From a virus (Duplodnaviria > Caudoviricetes): a stretch of 64,000 nucleotides of DNA. The notes beneath the pieces are model-generated. The model saw only the letters and a program-made list of their open reading frames with translations, ran no database searches and was not told where the DNA came from. A program made the position numbers and the translations under genes. The stretch spans positions 1-64,000 of the IMG/VR virus record IMGVR_UViG_3300006226_001703; one strand, 5' to 3'. Below are positions 55,872 through 64,000 of the stretch, one piece after another. Each line of letters opens with the position of its first letter. Within the stretch, counting starts at the first letter, position 1.

Positions 55872-57550
55872 AATTAGAAGAAAAAGTAAATGACATAATA
55901 TCATTTGTAAACAATTATGTGCCTCTTAAAGAGAGAGAATTACAAGAAAGAAGTGACAGACTTTTTAACAGAAAATTAAGAGAAGGAAGATGGATTCCAA
56001 AAGAAAAATTATCCGTTATTTTTAAGTCAAGAATGCCAAAAACAGATGATAACTTTTTCAATTTAGTTTTAGAAGAAAGCTTAGATACTTTAATTAGATT
56101 AGAAGAAAAGATATTTAGTCCTGCTTTTTATAAAAATAAAAATAAAATACAACTATTAGAAACTTATTATAAAACGGCTATTTTAGAAAATGAAGATATA
56201 ATTTTCCCATTAGCAGCATTAAGAGAAGCTGATCAACAGCAACAACCAATGGGAAGACATCAACAAAGAGGCATGCAAAGAGATATGCGTGCACAACAAC
56301 GACAACAGAACCGTCAAAATGCTTGGAATAAAGTTAAAAACTTTGGTAAGGGAATTATTGGTGGAATAAAAGGAGCTGTTCAAGGAGCTAGACAAGGTTT
56401 TCAACAACAACAGCAACCTCAGAATGACGGAAATCAACAACAAGATGACCAACAGAATCAAGACCAACAACAGCAGGACCAAAGTCAAGATCAAAATCAA
56501 GACCAACAGCAAGATCAGCAACAACCTCAAATGAGTAGAGAAGAAGCAATTCAAGCCGTTATTGATGGTAAGTTTGGAAATGGAGCTGCTAGACAGCAAG
56601 CATTACAAGATGCTGGCTTTGACCCAAAAGATATTCAACAAGGTGTTAACCAACAATTACAGGGACAGAATAACAATCAACAGCAACAACAAACTCAACA
56701 GCAACCACAAGAACAGAATAATAATCAACAAGCGCCTGAACAAAATAATCAGCAGCAACAAAATCAAGATAGTGGAAATAATCAACAATCTAATAATGAC
56801 CAACAGCAACAAGATCAGGGAAATAACAACCAACAACAATCAAATGATGATGGCGGAGATAATCAACAACAATCTGATGGTAATAATGAACAACAGTCAA
56901 ATGACCAACAACAACAAGATTCAGGCGGGAATGACCAGCAGCAACAAGATGACCAGTCAGGTGGTGACCAACAACAAGATAATGGTGGACAACAAAACCA
57001 GGGAAATGACCAACAATCTCAAGATGGCGAAGAATTACAAGGAGAAGAACCGCAAGATACAACAGGTCAAAATAATGATGAAGATTTGAATGCTATTACT
57101 CCAGAAGGTTCACCCCCAGCTCCACAAAATGAACAAGCACCACCACCCCAACAACAGGGTAATGTAGTTGCAACATTAAAAGATTCTGGAAGAGAAGTAA
57201 CCGATAGAACACCTGTTGGTATGGCAATGCAAGCAGGTAAGAGTGGTATTTATCCTCCAGGCGGAAATAATATGATTGTTTTAGATGATGATTCATATGA
57301 TGGTTTTTATACAGCAGCCAGATATAATATAAGTGAATTTAAAGATTATCAAATGGTAGATAAAAATCAAAATCCAATACAAAATAGTAATAATTATTTT
57401 GTAAGAGCTCCTCATATAATTGATGAACAAATAAATAAATATCGTTTTACAGCAATGAATGGTGGAGCAGGTAATAGAAAAATTATAGTTGATATAGATA
57501 CTGGTGGTGGAAATAATAGTTCTTCTAATAATAATAGAAATAGAAGATAA
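55868..57550 (+). CDS. paralog-family virion protein with CW_7 and Q/N-rich region
   Basis: GRWIP...LEES...IFSP domain; VIDGKFGNG CW_7; poly-Q/N/D tract. Confidence 0.7.
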   Translation: MKLEEKVNDIISFVNNYVPLKERELQERSDRLFNRKLREGRWIPKEKLSVIFKSRMPKTDDNFFNLVLEESLDTLIRLEEKIFSPAFYKNKNKIQLLETYYKTAILENEDIIFPLAALREADQQQQPMGRHQQRGMQRDMRAQQRQQNRQNAWNKVKNFGKGIIGGIKGAVQGARQGFQQQQQPQNDGNQQQDDQQNQDQQQQDQSQDQNQDQQQDQQQPQMSREEAIQAVIDGKFGNGAARQQALQDAGFDPKDIQQGVNQQLQGQNNNQQQQQTQQQPQEQNNNQQAPEQNNQQQQNQDSGNNQQSNNDQQQQDQGNNNQQQSNDDGGDNQQQSDGNNEQQSNDQQQQDSGGNDQQQQDDQSGGDQQQDNGGQQNQGNDQQSQDGEELQGEEPQDTTGQNNDEDLNAITPEGSPPAPQNEQAPPPQQQGNVVATLKDSGREVTDRTPVGMAMQAGKSGIYPPGGNNMIVLDDDSYDGFYTAARYNISEFKDYQMVDKNQNPIQNSNNYFVRAPHIIDEQINKYRFTAMNGGAGNRKIIVDIDTGGGNNSSSNNNRNRR

Positions 57551-57575
57551 ACTAAATATAAAGAGGAAATAATAG

Positions 57576-59597
57576 ATGAATTTTGAAAAATTGTACCGAC
57601 AATCTAATCCAAAAGATGCTAAATTAGCGGCTATAAGAGAAGCTAATAATGAAGTTAAGGAAAGATTACAAGAATATGAAAATAAAAATTTCTTAAAAGA
57701 ATTAAGAAATGGTAGATGGTTTCCTCACTGTAGATTTTCAGAAGCTTATCTTGGTTTAATTCCTTTTACTAATAAAAAAGACTGGCCAACTTTAAGAGAA
57801 ACTATAATTAGATTAGAAAAAATAGAAGAAAAGATATTTAATCCAACTTTTAAAAGAAAAAATTTTAGAAGTAAAATTATCTTATTAGAACAATATTATA
57901 AAACTGGCACATTTGAAAGAATGAATACTATTAGAGAATCATTTAATAATGATAATTTAATAAAGAGAAGATTACAATTAAATGAACAAGCTAAAATTAT
58001 TAAAGAAAACTTTGAAGAATTAAATGAAGCCTTTTTCTTACCAGCATTAGGTTTAGGAGCCGGCGCACTTTGGGCTGGAAATAAAATCAGAAATTGGTGG
58101 CAAAATAGAAGAAATAGAAATCAACCTCAGAACCAACAATCTCCAGCTGATGCAGCATTTAATCCACAAGGAAATGCAACACCTCAAGAAGAGGCAGCAG
58201 CAGCAGCGGGAGCACCACCTGATCAAGCACAAGCAGCAGCAGTAGCAGCACAAACATCAACTGGTAATCAAGTTGAAAATACAATGGCAGCTCAAGCAGC
58301 AGCACAACCTGGTGACTATATGATTAGATCAGATGGTACTAGAGTTGTTCTAAATCAGGGCGATATAACTTGGGCACAACAGAGAATCCAACAAGGTGCA
58401 AGTAGTGGTGGAGGAAGCTCTGGTGGTTCATCACAACAAGTACAACAACAGATAACTAGACTAGAAGCAAGAGCTGAAGAAGCAAGGGAAAGTGATAGCC
58501 CACGAGCTGAAGCAGAAGTTGAGAAGATAGAAAACGAAATTGAAGAGTTACAGGATGAAGCTGAAGAAGGTGGTGAAGCAAGCCCAGGAGAAGCAGCAGC
58601 AATAAGTGAAATGCCACCTGAACAAGTAGCAGCTGAAGATCCACAAGCACCAGAACCACAAGTAGCACCTCCAGCCGGAGCTGAACAACAAGGTCATGCT
58701 TATCAGATTCCAGCAGGCCCTTATGCTGGAACAACAGTTTACATTCCATATCGACAACCATTAAGCAACACAGGTACACCAGCATTTAAAGATGCAACTA
58801 TGCAAGAACAAATTGGACACATAATGAAAACTGGTAACCAAATTACATTCTCGCCAACTCAAGGCGCAATGGCAGATCTTCATGGACAGCAAGCGATGTC
58901 TCAAGCAACTCAACAAGCTGAAGCTCAAAGAGATCAAGCAATGTTAGATGCTTTCAAACAATCACCAAATTACACACAACTTGTTAGAATGTTTGGTGAT
59001 GAACAAGCTGCATTACAACAATGGTTACAAACTCCGGAAGGACAGCAAGTTGCACAACAGGCAGAAGCTCAAGCTGAACAATCAGTAGCAGCGGCACAAC
59101 AAACGGTTCAAAGAGATACAAACAACTTTAATGCAGCTCAAGCAATTACAACTCAACAAGTTAACATTGGTGGTGTAAATGTTCCTGTAACTCCAATTCC
59201 AGGAGCAAGTGGTCAACAGGGAACTTTTGGTCAAGACTCTGGTGTAATTGGTCAAACACCTTCAGGAATCCCATTCTTTATGGTTCCAGAGCAACATAAT
59301 ATTCCACCTGAGCCAGCAGGCATTCAGGACTTACAAAGAGCAAAACAGAATGGTATGGTAAATGATGAAATGTTAAGAAGATGGACTGCACAAGGTTCAC
59401 AAGCTGTTCAATCAATAATTATTAAGACAATACAAAATGGACAGAATTTTAGACAAGAACAAATGACTGACCCACAAATTAGAAACTTTATAAATCAATT
59501 ACACCCACAAGCTAGAATAACATCTGACAGACAATTAAGAAATTGGACAGGTTTAACTGACCAAGAATTTGCATCAAAATTAGGTAGTAGATATTAA
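57576..59597 (+). CDS. paralog-family virion protein, Q/A/P-rich
   Basis: GRWFP...LRET...IFNP domain; ACTAAATA upstream. Confidence 0.7.
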   Translation: MNFEKLYRQSNPKDAKLAAIREANNEVKERLQEYENKNFLKELRNGRWFPHCRFSEAYLGLIPFTNKKDWPTLRETIIRLEKIEEKIFNPTFKRKNFRSKIILLEQYYKTGTFERMNTIRESFNNDNLIKRRLQLNEQAKIIKENFEELNEAFFLPALGLGAGALWAGNKIRNWWQNRRNRNQPQNQQSPADAAFNPQGNATPQEEAAAAAGAPPDQAQAAAVAAQTSTGNQVENTMAAQAAAQPGDYMIRSDGTRVVLNQGDITWAQQRIQQGASSGGGSSGGSSQQVQQQITRLEARAEEARESDSPRAEAEVEKIENEIEELQDEAEEGGEASPGEAAAISEMPPEQVAAEDPQAPEPQVAPPAGAEQQGHAYQIPAGPYAGTTVYIPYRQPLSNTGTPAFKDATMQEQIGHIMKTGNQITFSPTQGAMADLHGQQAMSQATQQAEAQRDQAMLDAFKQSPNYTQLVRMFGDEQAALQQWLQTPEGQQVAQQAEAQAEQSVAAAQQTVQRDTNNFNAAQAITTQQVNIGGVNVPVTPIPGASGQQGTFGQDSGVIGQTPSGIPFFMVPEQHNIPPEPAGIQDLQRAKQNGMVNDEMLRRWTAQGSQAVQSIIIKTIQNGQNFRQEQMTDPQIRNFINQLHPQARITSDRQLRNWTGLTDQEFASKLGSRY

Positions 59598-59609
59598 GAG
59601 GAGAAATAA

Positions 59610-60335
59610 ATGAAATCATTTGAGCATATATTTGTAAAAGCAAATTATCCACAACACTTACAGGAGTATATCCAGCTTTTTGAAGCTGACCAAGCATATG
59701 CTAATTATCAACAAGCAAATCAGCCAAATGATTTATATGCTAGATCACAAAACTTAGCACAACAGGGCGCACAGAACTTTACACAAGGTCAAGGAATTGG
59801 CGGTGTAATGCAAGGTGCTGGACAAATGATGTTGGGTAATGCTGGAAAGAAACTTGGTTTTTTAAGTAGATTAGGAAAAGGACTTGCGGGGTTAACACCC
59901 ATTGGTGCCTTAATGAATCAGAAAAAAGCTAAACAAGAAAAAGAAGCTGCATTCAAAGCTGGTTATGAGCAGGGTCAAACTGATGCTGCACAGGGACAGA
60001 ATAATGCAGATCAGGCTGCTGCACAAGCTGGTGGTGAACAAGCTGCACAAGGCGAAAAAACAGATGCTGATTATCAGCAAGCTGCAAGAGATGTTTGGGC
60101 TGGCAGATATGGTAATGGCCAAGAGAGAGTTCAAGCTCTTCAAGCTGCTGGGTTTGACCCACAAAGAGTACAACAATTAGTACAACAAAGTCAAGGTGGC
60201 GGTGGAAACAGCGGTGGCGGTAATAGTGGAGGCGGACAACAACAGCAAGCTGCTCCAGCACAACCTGAACAAACACAAGAACCAGAACCAGTTCAAGAAT
60301 CTTTTATGAGGATCTATCGAGCTTCAAGGAGATAA
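59610..60335 (+). CDS. Q/G-rich virion protein with CW_7 motif
   Basis: MKSF start; VWAGRYGNGQERVQALQAAGFDP CW_7. Confidence 0.7.
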   Translation: MKSFEHIFVKANYPQHLQEYIQLFEADQAYANYQQANQPNDLYARSQNLAQQGAQNFTQGQGIGGVMQGAGQMMLGNAGKKLGFLSRLGKGLAGLTPIGALMNQKKAKQEKEAAFKAGYEQGQTDAAQGQNNADQAAAQAGGEQAAQGEKTDADYQQAARDVWAGRYGNGQERVQALQAAGFDPQRVQQLVQQSQGGGGNSGGGNSGGGQQQQAAPAQPEQTQEPEPVQESFMRIYRASRR

Positions 60336-60337
60336 CT

Positions 60338-61069
60338 TTGAAGACATTTGCACAAATTCATGAAGACTGTCAACAACCACAAATAAAAAGCTTCTCACAA
60401 ATTCATGAAAGTTGTCGTATCAAATCTTTCGAAGAAATCTATCAACTAAATGAAGCAGCATCTCTTGAAAGTATCAGCGCAATTAGCGACGCAATCTCAA
60501 ATGGTCGAGCTTCAATGGCCAACAGTATCACAAATGCAACATCTGGCAAAGGACAAGCTGCTTCCAACATTGGTCAAATAGCAGCAGGCGCAGTTACTGG
60601 TGGTAGAGCCGGGGCTTTAGGAGCTGCTGCTGGCATCGCACAAAACGCTCTTAGCAATGTACAAACTTCATCAACATTTGGGGCAACAGCCAAAGGCGCA
60701 TTGAGTGGTGCTTTAGATGGTTTTGCTTCTGGTGCAGGAAAAGGTGGAGGAATCGGTGGAGCAATTGGTGCTGTAGTTGGTGGTATTCAAGGAGCCATAG
60801 CCGCATTCCAAGATGCAAAAGCAGATGCGAAGGCAGCAGCAGAACAGGAAGACGCAGAAGATGCTGAAGCCGAAGATGCAGACGCAGAAGCTGATGCTGA
60901 AAGTGATGCCGACTCTGATGCAGATGCTGGAGACAGTGATGCTGGAAGTGATAGCGATAGCGGTGGAGATTCTGGCGGAGATAGTGGAGGCAGTGATTCA
61001 GGTGGCGGTGGAGACTCTGGAGGAGGCGACTCAGGCGGGGGCGGCGATTCCGGTGGAGGAGGAGAGTAG
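60338..61069 (+). CDS. Gly-zipper protein with triple N-terminal repeat and D/G/S tail (start GTG/TTG-type)
   Basis: KTFAQIHE / KSFSQIHE / KSFEEIYQLNE; GxxxG repeats. Confidence 0.65.
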   Translation: MKTFAQIHEDCQQPQIKSFSQIHESCRIKSFEEIYQLNEAASLESISAISDAISNGRASMANSITNATSGKGQAASNIGQIAAGAVTGGRAGALGAAAGIAQNALSNVQTSSTFGATAKGALSGALDGFASGAGKGGGIGGAIGAVVGGIQGAIAAFQDAKADAKAAAEQEDAEDAEAEDADAEADAESDADSDADAGDSDAGSDSDSGGDSGGDSGGSDSGGGGDSGGGDSGGGGDSGGGGE

Positions 61070-61618
61070 ATTCACAGGTGTCTTTTTCCAATTGACGCCT
61101 TCGAGATTTCTTTCCATTGCTTTTAATAAGTCAGGTGTATGAAGTTCCGTTACGACAGTGTTAACTATTAAGCGATCTTTTGGGACTATTCCAATTGATT
61201 CTAACGTTCTATTATCAACCGTATGTCCATCAGTCATAACTTTGTCAAGTTTATAGTCAATATGAAATGAATCAACATAATCTAAAAGCTTTTCTATTTT
61301 GTTGGGTAAGCAACCAGTCGTATAAATTGTCGTTTTTAATCCACAACTTTTTGCTGTTGAAAATATCATTTTAAGTTCATCAATATCTTTGAACAGAGGT
61401 TCTCCACCCGATACAGTTAGCCAGTCAATATTTTTTGGATTTATTGCATAGATTCTCGTAACGATATCATCAACAGTTAAGTCCTCTTCTTCTGGCTCGA
61501 AAGTTTTGAGACTTGGGTTGTGGCAATAGAAACATGAAAAGTAACACCCCTTTGCAAATGCAACTGCTGCAATTCCATTGGGGCTATCAACTAGCGAAAA
61601 TGGTATCCATCGGTACAC
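61031..61618 (-). CDS. nrdG: anaerobic ribonucleotide reductase activating protein-like radical SAM
   Basis: SLVDSPNGIAAVAFAKGCYFSCFYCHN (CxxxCxxC), VSGGEP. Confidence 0.75.
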   Translation of the reverse strand: MYRWIPFSLVDSPNGIAAVAFAKGCYFSCFYCHNPSLKTFEPEEEDLTVDDIVTRIYAINPKNIDWLTVSGGEPLFKDIDELKMIFSTAKSCGLKTTIYTTGCLPNKIEKLLDYVDSFHIDYKLDKVMTDGHTVDNRTLESIGIVPKDRLIVNTVVTELHTPDLLKAMERNLEGVNWKKTPVNLLSSSTGIAAPA

Positions 61619-62429
61619 CTAATTCCTCCAACTTTCTCGAAAAACTTTCTATCATTGTTATCTTGTCAGTGAATGATTTGATTCTCTCGAGGCCATAATG
61701 TTTACCCAAGAAAGATTCAAGCTCATCAGTAATCTCTCTGTTAACTACCAAATCATGAAGTTCAATTAAACTGTCTGATATTCCAACGTATGTTCCTTTT
61801 AAGAATGGCTTAACTTTATGAAGTCCACCCATTATAGTTCCAATAACATGATATTCACTGTAACAAATATTGTCATCATCATCTCTAAAAAGATATTTTG
61901 GCTCGATAACTATATAGTTGTACAATGCATAATCATCATTTTGTAATCTTCTATTTCTAATATAATGTCCTGGAACTTCAGTTTTACTTTCACCACTTTT
62001 GACAGTTACAATGTTACCATCAGATGTGAATGAAAAGCCCTGCTCAAATAATGAGGACAATAAATAGTTAAATGGAATTCTAGCATCAAGAAGTTTTTTG
62101 ATAAACTTAACACCATATTCAATTCTAAATCCATCATCCATTTCGAGAAGAGTTTTAATCTCTAATGCTAATCTATTATCCAATGTGAAGTATTTTCCAT
62201 TGTAGAAGACTTCAATTTCATCAGAGCCTTTTTCTTGTGTAAATGATATCTCATCATCTTCATAATTAAATGATCGATTTATAATTATCATTATTTCACT
62301 TAATGTAGTTTTTTCTCTGTGTAAAATTTCAGCAATTCTGTTGAATCTTTTATCCCCTCTCGAGACTTGTAATATCTCTTTGCCAGTTGGGATAACTATT
62401 GCTTCATCAGTCAAAATATAGTTTAACAT
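61587..62429 (-). CDS. rIIB: rIIB-like protein
   Basis: immediately downstream of rIIA-like gene; GFSFTSDGNIV resembles the rIIB core; divergent. Confidence 0.5.
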   Translation of the reverse strand: MLNYILTDEAIVIPTGKEILQVSRGDKRFNRIAEILHREKTTLSEIMIIINRSFNYEDDEISFTQEKGSDEIEVFYNGKYFTLDNRLALEIKTLLEMDDGFRIEYGVKFIKKLLDARIPFNYLLSSLFEQGFSFTSDGNIVTVKSGESKTEVPGHYIRNRRLQNDDYALYNYIVIEPKYLFRDDDDNICYSEYHVIGTIMGGLHKVKPFLKGTYVGISDSLIELHDLVVNREITDELESFLGKHYGLERIKSFTDKITMIESFSRKLEELGVPMDTIFAS

Positions 62430-64000
62430 AATTTCTCCACATTTGCTACATAATCCACCACTATTTGGAAAGCTTCCTTAGTTTCAAAAGCTCTTCCAGA
62501 AAAGTTTTGAGTCACTTTTAACATTGGGTACTTGTTGAACATATCAGTTATGTAATCTGTTCTTGCTGAGTTGTCAAAATTCTTAATTATGATATCAAGT
62601 CCAACAAGTTTTTTCATTATGTCCTTGTGGACTTTTGTATCATAAAAAGTTCTGTAGGTGTTATTCAGCATTTTAGTTAAAGTATTCCACACAGATAATT
62701 GTCTGGCTGAACCAGTTTCCTGAGTTTTGATTTCCTCTAATCTTCTAATTGCTTCCTTTCCAAAAGCTGTGTCATTAAAACCAACATATTTGCTACCAAG
62801 TTCAAGAACATATTCTGCTGACTTAGTGTAATCAAATATTGAATAACCATACAAGATATGGGTAGTCATATAAGTGACTATCTTATCAATATTTGCGCTC
62901 ACTTGCTTAATGAAGTAATCATCAATGTAAGTCCAGTTTTTGTTTTTCATTATGTTCGCATTCTTGAAATAGTTGTAACTGATCATTAAGTGATGAGCTG
63001 GTTGCTGAATAAAGTCACGAATATAAGTATTCTTCAACATTGAGTGCTTGTTGTACTCGGAGTTTATCATCACACCTTTTTGCTCGATTGTGAATGCCTT
63101 ATTTCTGGGCAGTTTTGGATTGGCTTTCAGATCCTTAAAGTTTGGGTTTATCCAATATCCTCTCTGGTCAACCTTTCCCTCGAATAACTCGTACGTAGTA
63201 TTAGTCAGCTTGAGGGCGTCTACTGGGTCAATATATTTACCGGATATTGCATCATAGACTGTGTAGCTGTCCTTGTCATCCGCCAGAGTGGCTGATTTAG
63301 GCACCCTGGGCTTCGGAACTTTAATTGGGACGAATGATGAAGTTTTCTTTGAGACAAACTCTGGGAACATTTTAGTTATGATTTCAGAAGTCTTTTCATC
63401 TACGAAAATTGATTCCCTAATGTTTATGTCGTTCATTAATTGGAACTTATTCTCTAAAATAGCGGGAATTAAAGTCCAGTACTTCTTTTTTGCTGCTGCC
63501 TTACCAAAAAATGCGTCGAGCCTTTCCTTAACTAATGGTTCATCAATAATAAGTAAAGTGTTATATTCACCCTTCATTATTGCTTTGCCCAAGTCATAAA
63601 CATAATCTTCGCCTTTTGTGTTGCTTGCACAGTAAACTGGAATGTTAGTAACTTCAAAGCGATTATTACGACGGGCTCTGGGCTTATACATATAAGTACC
63701 AGTTATGAGTTTATTAGTTATATGCTGCTCAAATTGCTTGTTTATTTGCTTGAACTCTTCAATTTCGTCAAACTCACCAACTAATATTCTGGGAAGGTGG
63801 GGAATGTTATTTCTGTTCTTGATGAAATTATTTGGAGTTGAAGCCTTCTTAACAAAGTCAGCCTTAAACTCATTGAAGTCCTTGTGGAAAATATCCTTCA
63901 GATATTCAATTGTAGTTTTGCTATAATTTAAGCTTTCTCTTGAAGGCTGGATTGAAACTGCTCCAATTGGAATGTGAATGAGCTTCTTAAACTCTGTGTC
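62423..64000 (-). CDS. rIIA: rIIA-like protein, N-terminus outside window
   Basis: frame stays open from 63691 to the window end (hand translation) and contains IPIGAVSIQPSRESLNYSKTTI, the rIIA PSRE-L-Y motif. Confidence 0.7.
   Translation of the reverse strand, partial: DTEFKKLIHIPIGAVSIQPSRESLNYSKTTIEYLKDIFHKDFNEFKADFVKKASTPNNFIKNRNNIPHLPRILVGEFDEIEEFKQINKQFEQHITNKLITGTYMYKPRARRNNRFEVTNIPVYCASNTKGEDYVYDLGKAIMKGEYNTLLIIDEPLVKERLDAFFGKAAAKKKYWTLIPAILENKFQLMNDINIRESIFVDEKTSEIITKMFPEFVSKKTSSFVPIKVPKPRVPKSATLADDKDSYTVYDAISGKYIDPVDALKLTNTTYELFEGKVDQRGYWINPNFKDLKANPKLPRNKAFTIEQKGVMINSEYNKHSMLKNTYIRDFIQQPAHHLMISYNYFKNANIMKNKNWTYIDDYFIKQVSANIDKIVTYMTTHILYGYSIFDYTKSAEYVLELGSKYVGFNDTAFGKEAIRRLEEIKTQETGSARQLSVWNTLTKMLNNTYRTFYDTKVHKDIMKKLVGLDIIIKNFDNSARTDYITDMFNKYPMLKVTQNFSGRAFETKEAFQIVVDYVANVEKLC

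Noticed and set aside
56380-57080. CAACAA-rich tract as a CRISPR array or VNTR
   Set aside because: It is in-frame poly-Q/N/D coding sequence; there are no constant repeats with unique spacers
52574-60276. Several Pro- or Leu-rich antisense and alternative-frame ORFs in the late cluster
   Set aside because: Mirror images of Gly- and Gln-rich + strand genes
1-64000. Stop-codon reassignment as in some large phages
   Set aside because: Standard-code ORFs are full length and tile the window; TAA, TAG and TGA are all used as gene ends
1-64000. tRNA or rRNA genes
   Set aside because: Intergenic gaps are short and I found no cloverleaf with T-loop and D-loop signatures; tRNAscan-SE would be needed to exclude them fully

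Overview
This 64 kb window is an AT-rich segment of a large T4-like (myovirus-type) phage genome, gene-dense and read with the standard genetic code. I saw no tRNA, rRNA or CRISPR array. Recognisable core genes are: terminase large subunit, gp19-like tail tube, gp10-like baseplate/collar protein, a 1,599-aa modular tail fibre, DnaB/gp41-like helicase with a degenerate DnaC-like loader, probable gp32-like SSB, UvsY-like protein, rIIA/rIIB, RNA ligase plus HAD phosphatase, GroEL, Hsp20, a MoxR-VWA pair, an NrdG-like radical SAM protein, two free-standing homing endonucleases and two amidases. Early/middle genes lie mostly on the - strand and virion genes mostly on the + strand. The most striking signal is three dispersed genes that each encode only an interaction surface of the flagellar motor. 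They are (i) a FliM N-terminal CheY-binding peptide (TEVLSQDEIDQLLTAI, matching spirochaete FliM as I recall it) grafted onto an unrelated coiled-coil protein, (ii) a stand-alone FliN/SpoA domain, and (iii) a soluble MotA cytoplasmic domain lacking all transmembrane helices. Together they suggest a spirochaete-infecting phage that manipulates host motility and chemotaxis. Other notable signals are a shared C-terminal ELF(D/E) tag on unrelated small proteins, a tandem family of putative internal-head proteins with a common pro-domain and variable cargo, and three classes of promoter-like motifs. All family assignments come from motif recognition by eye, not from database searches.
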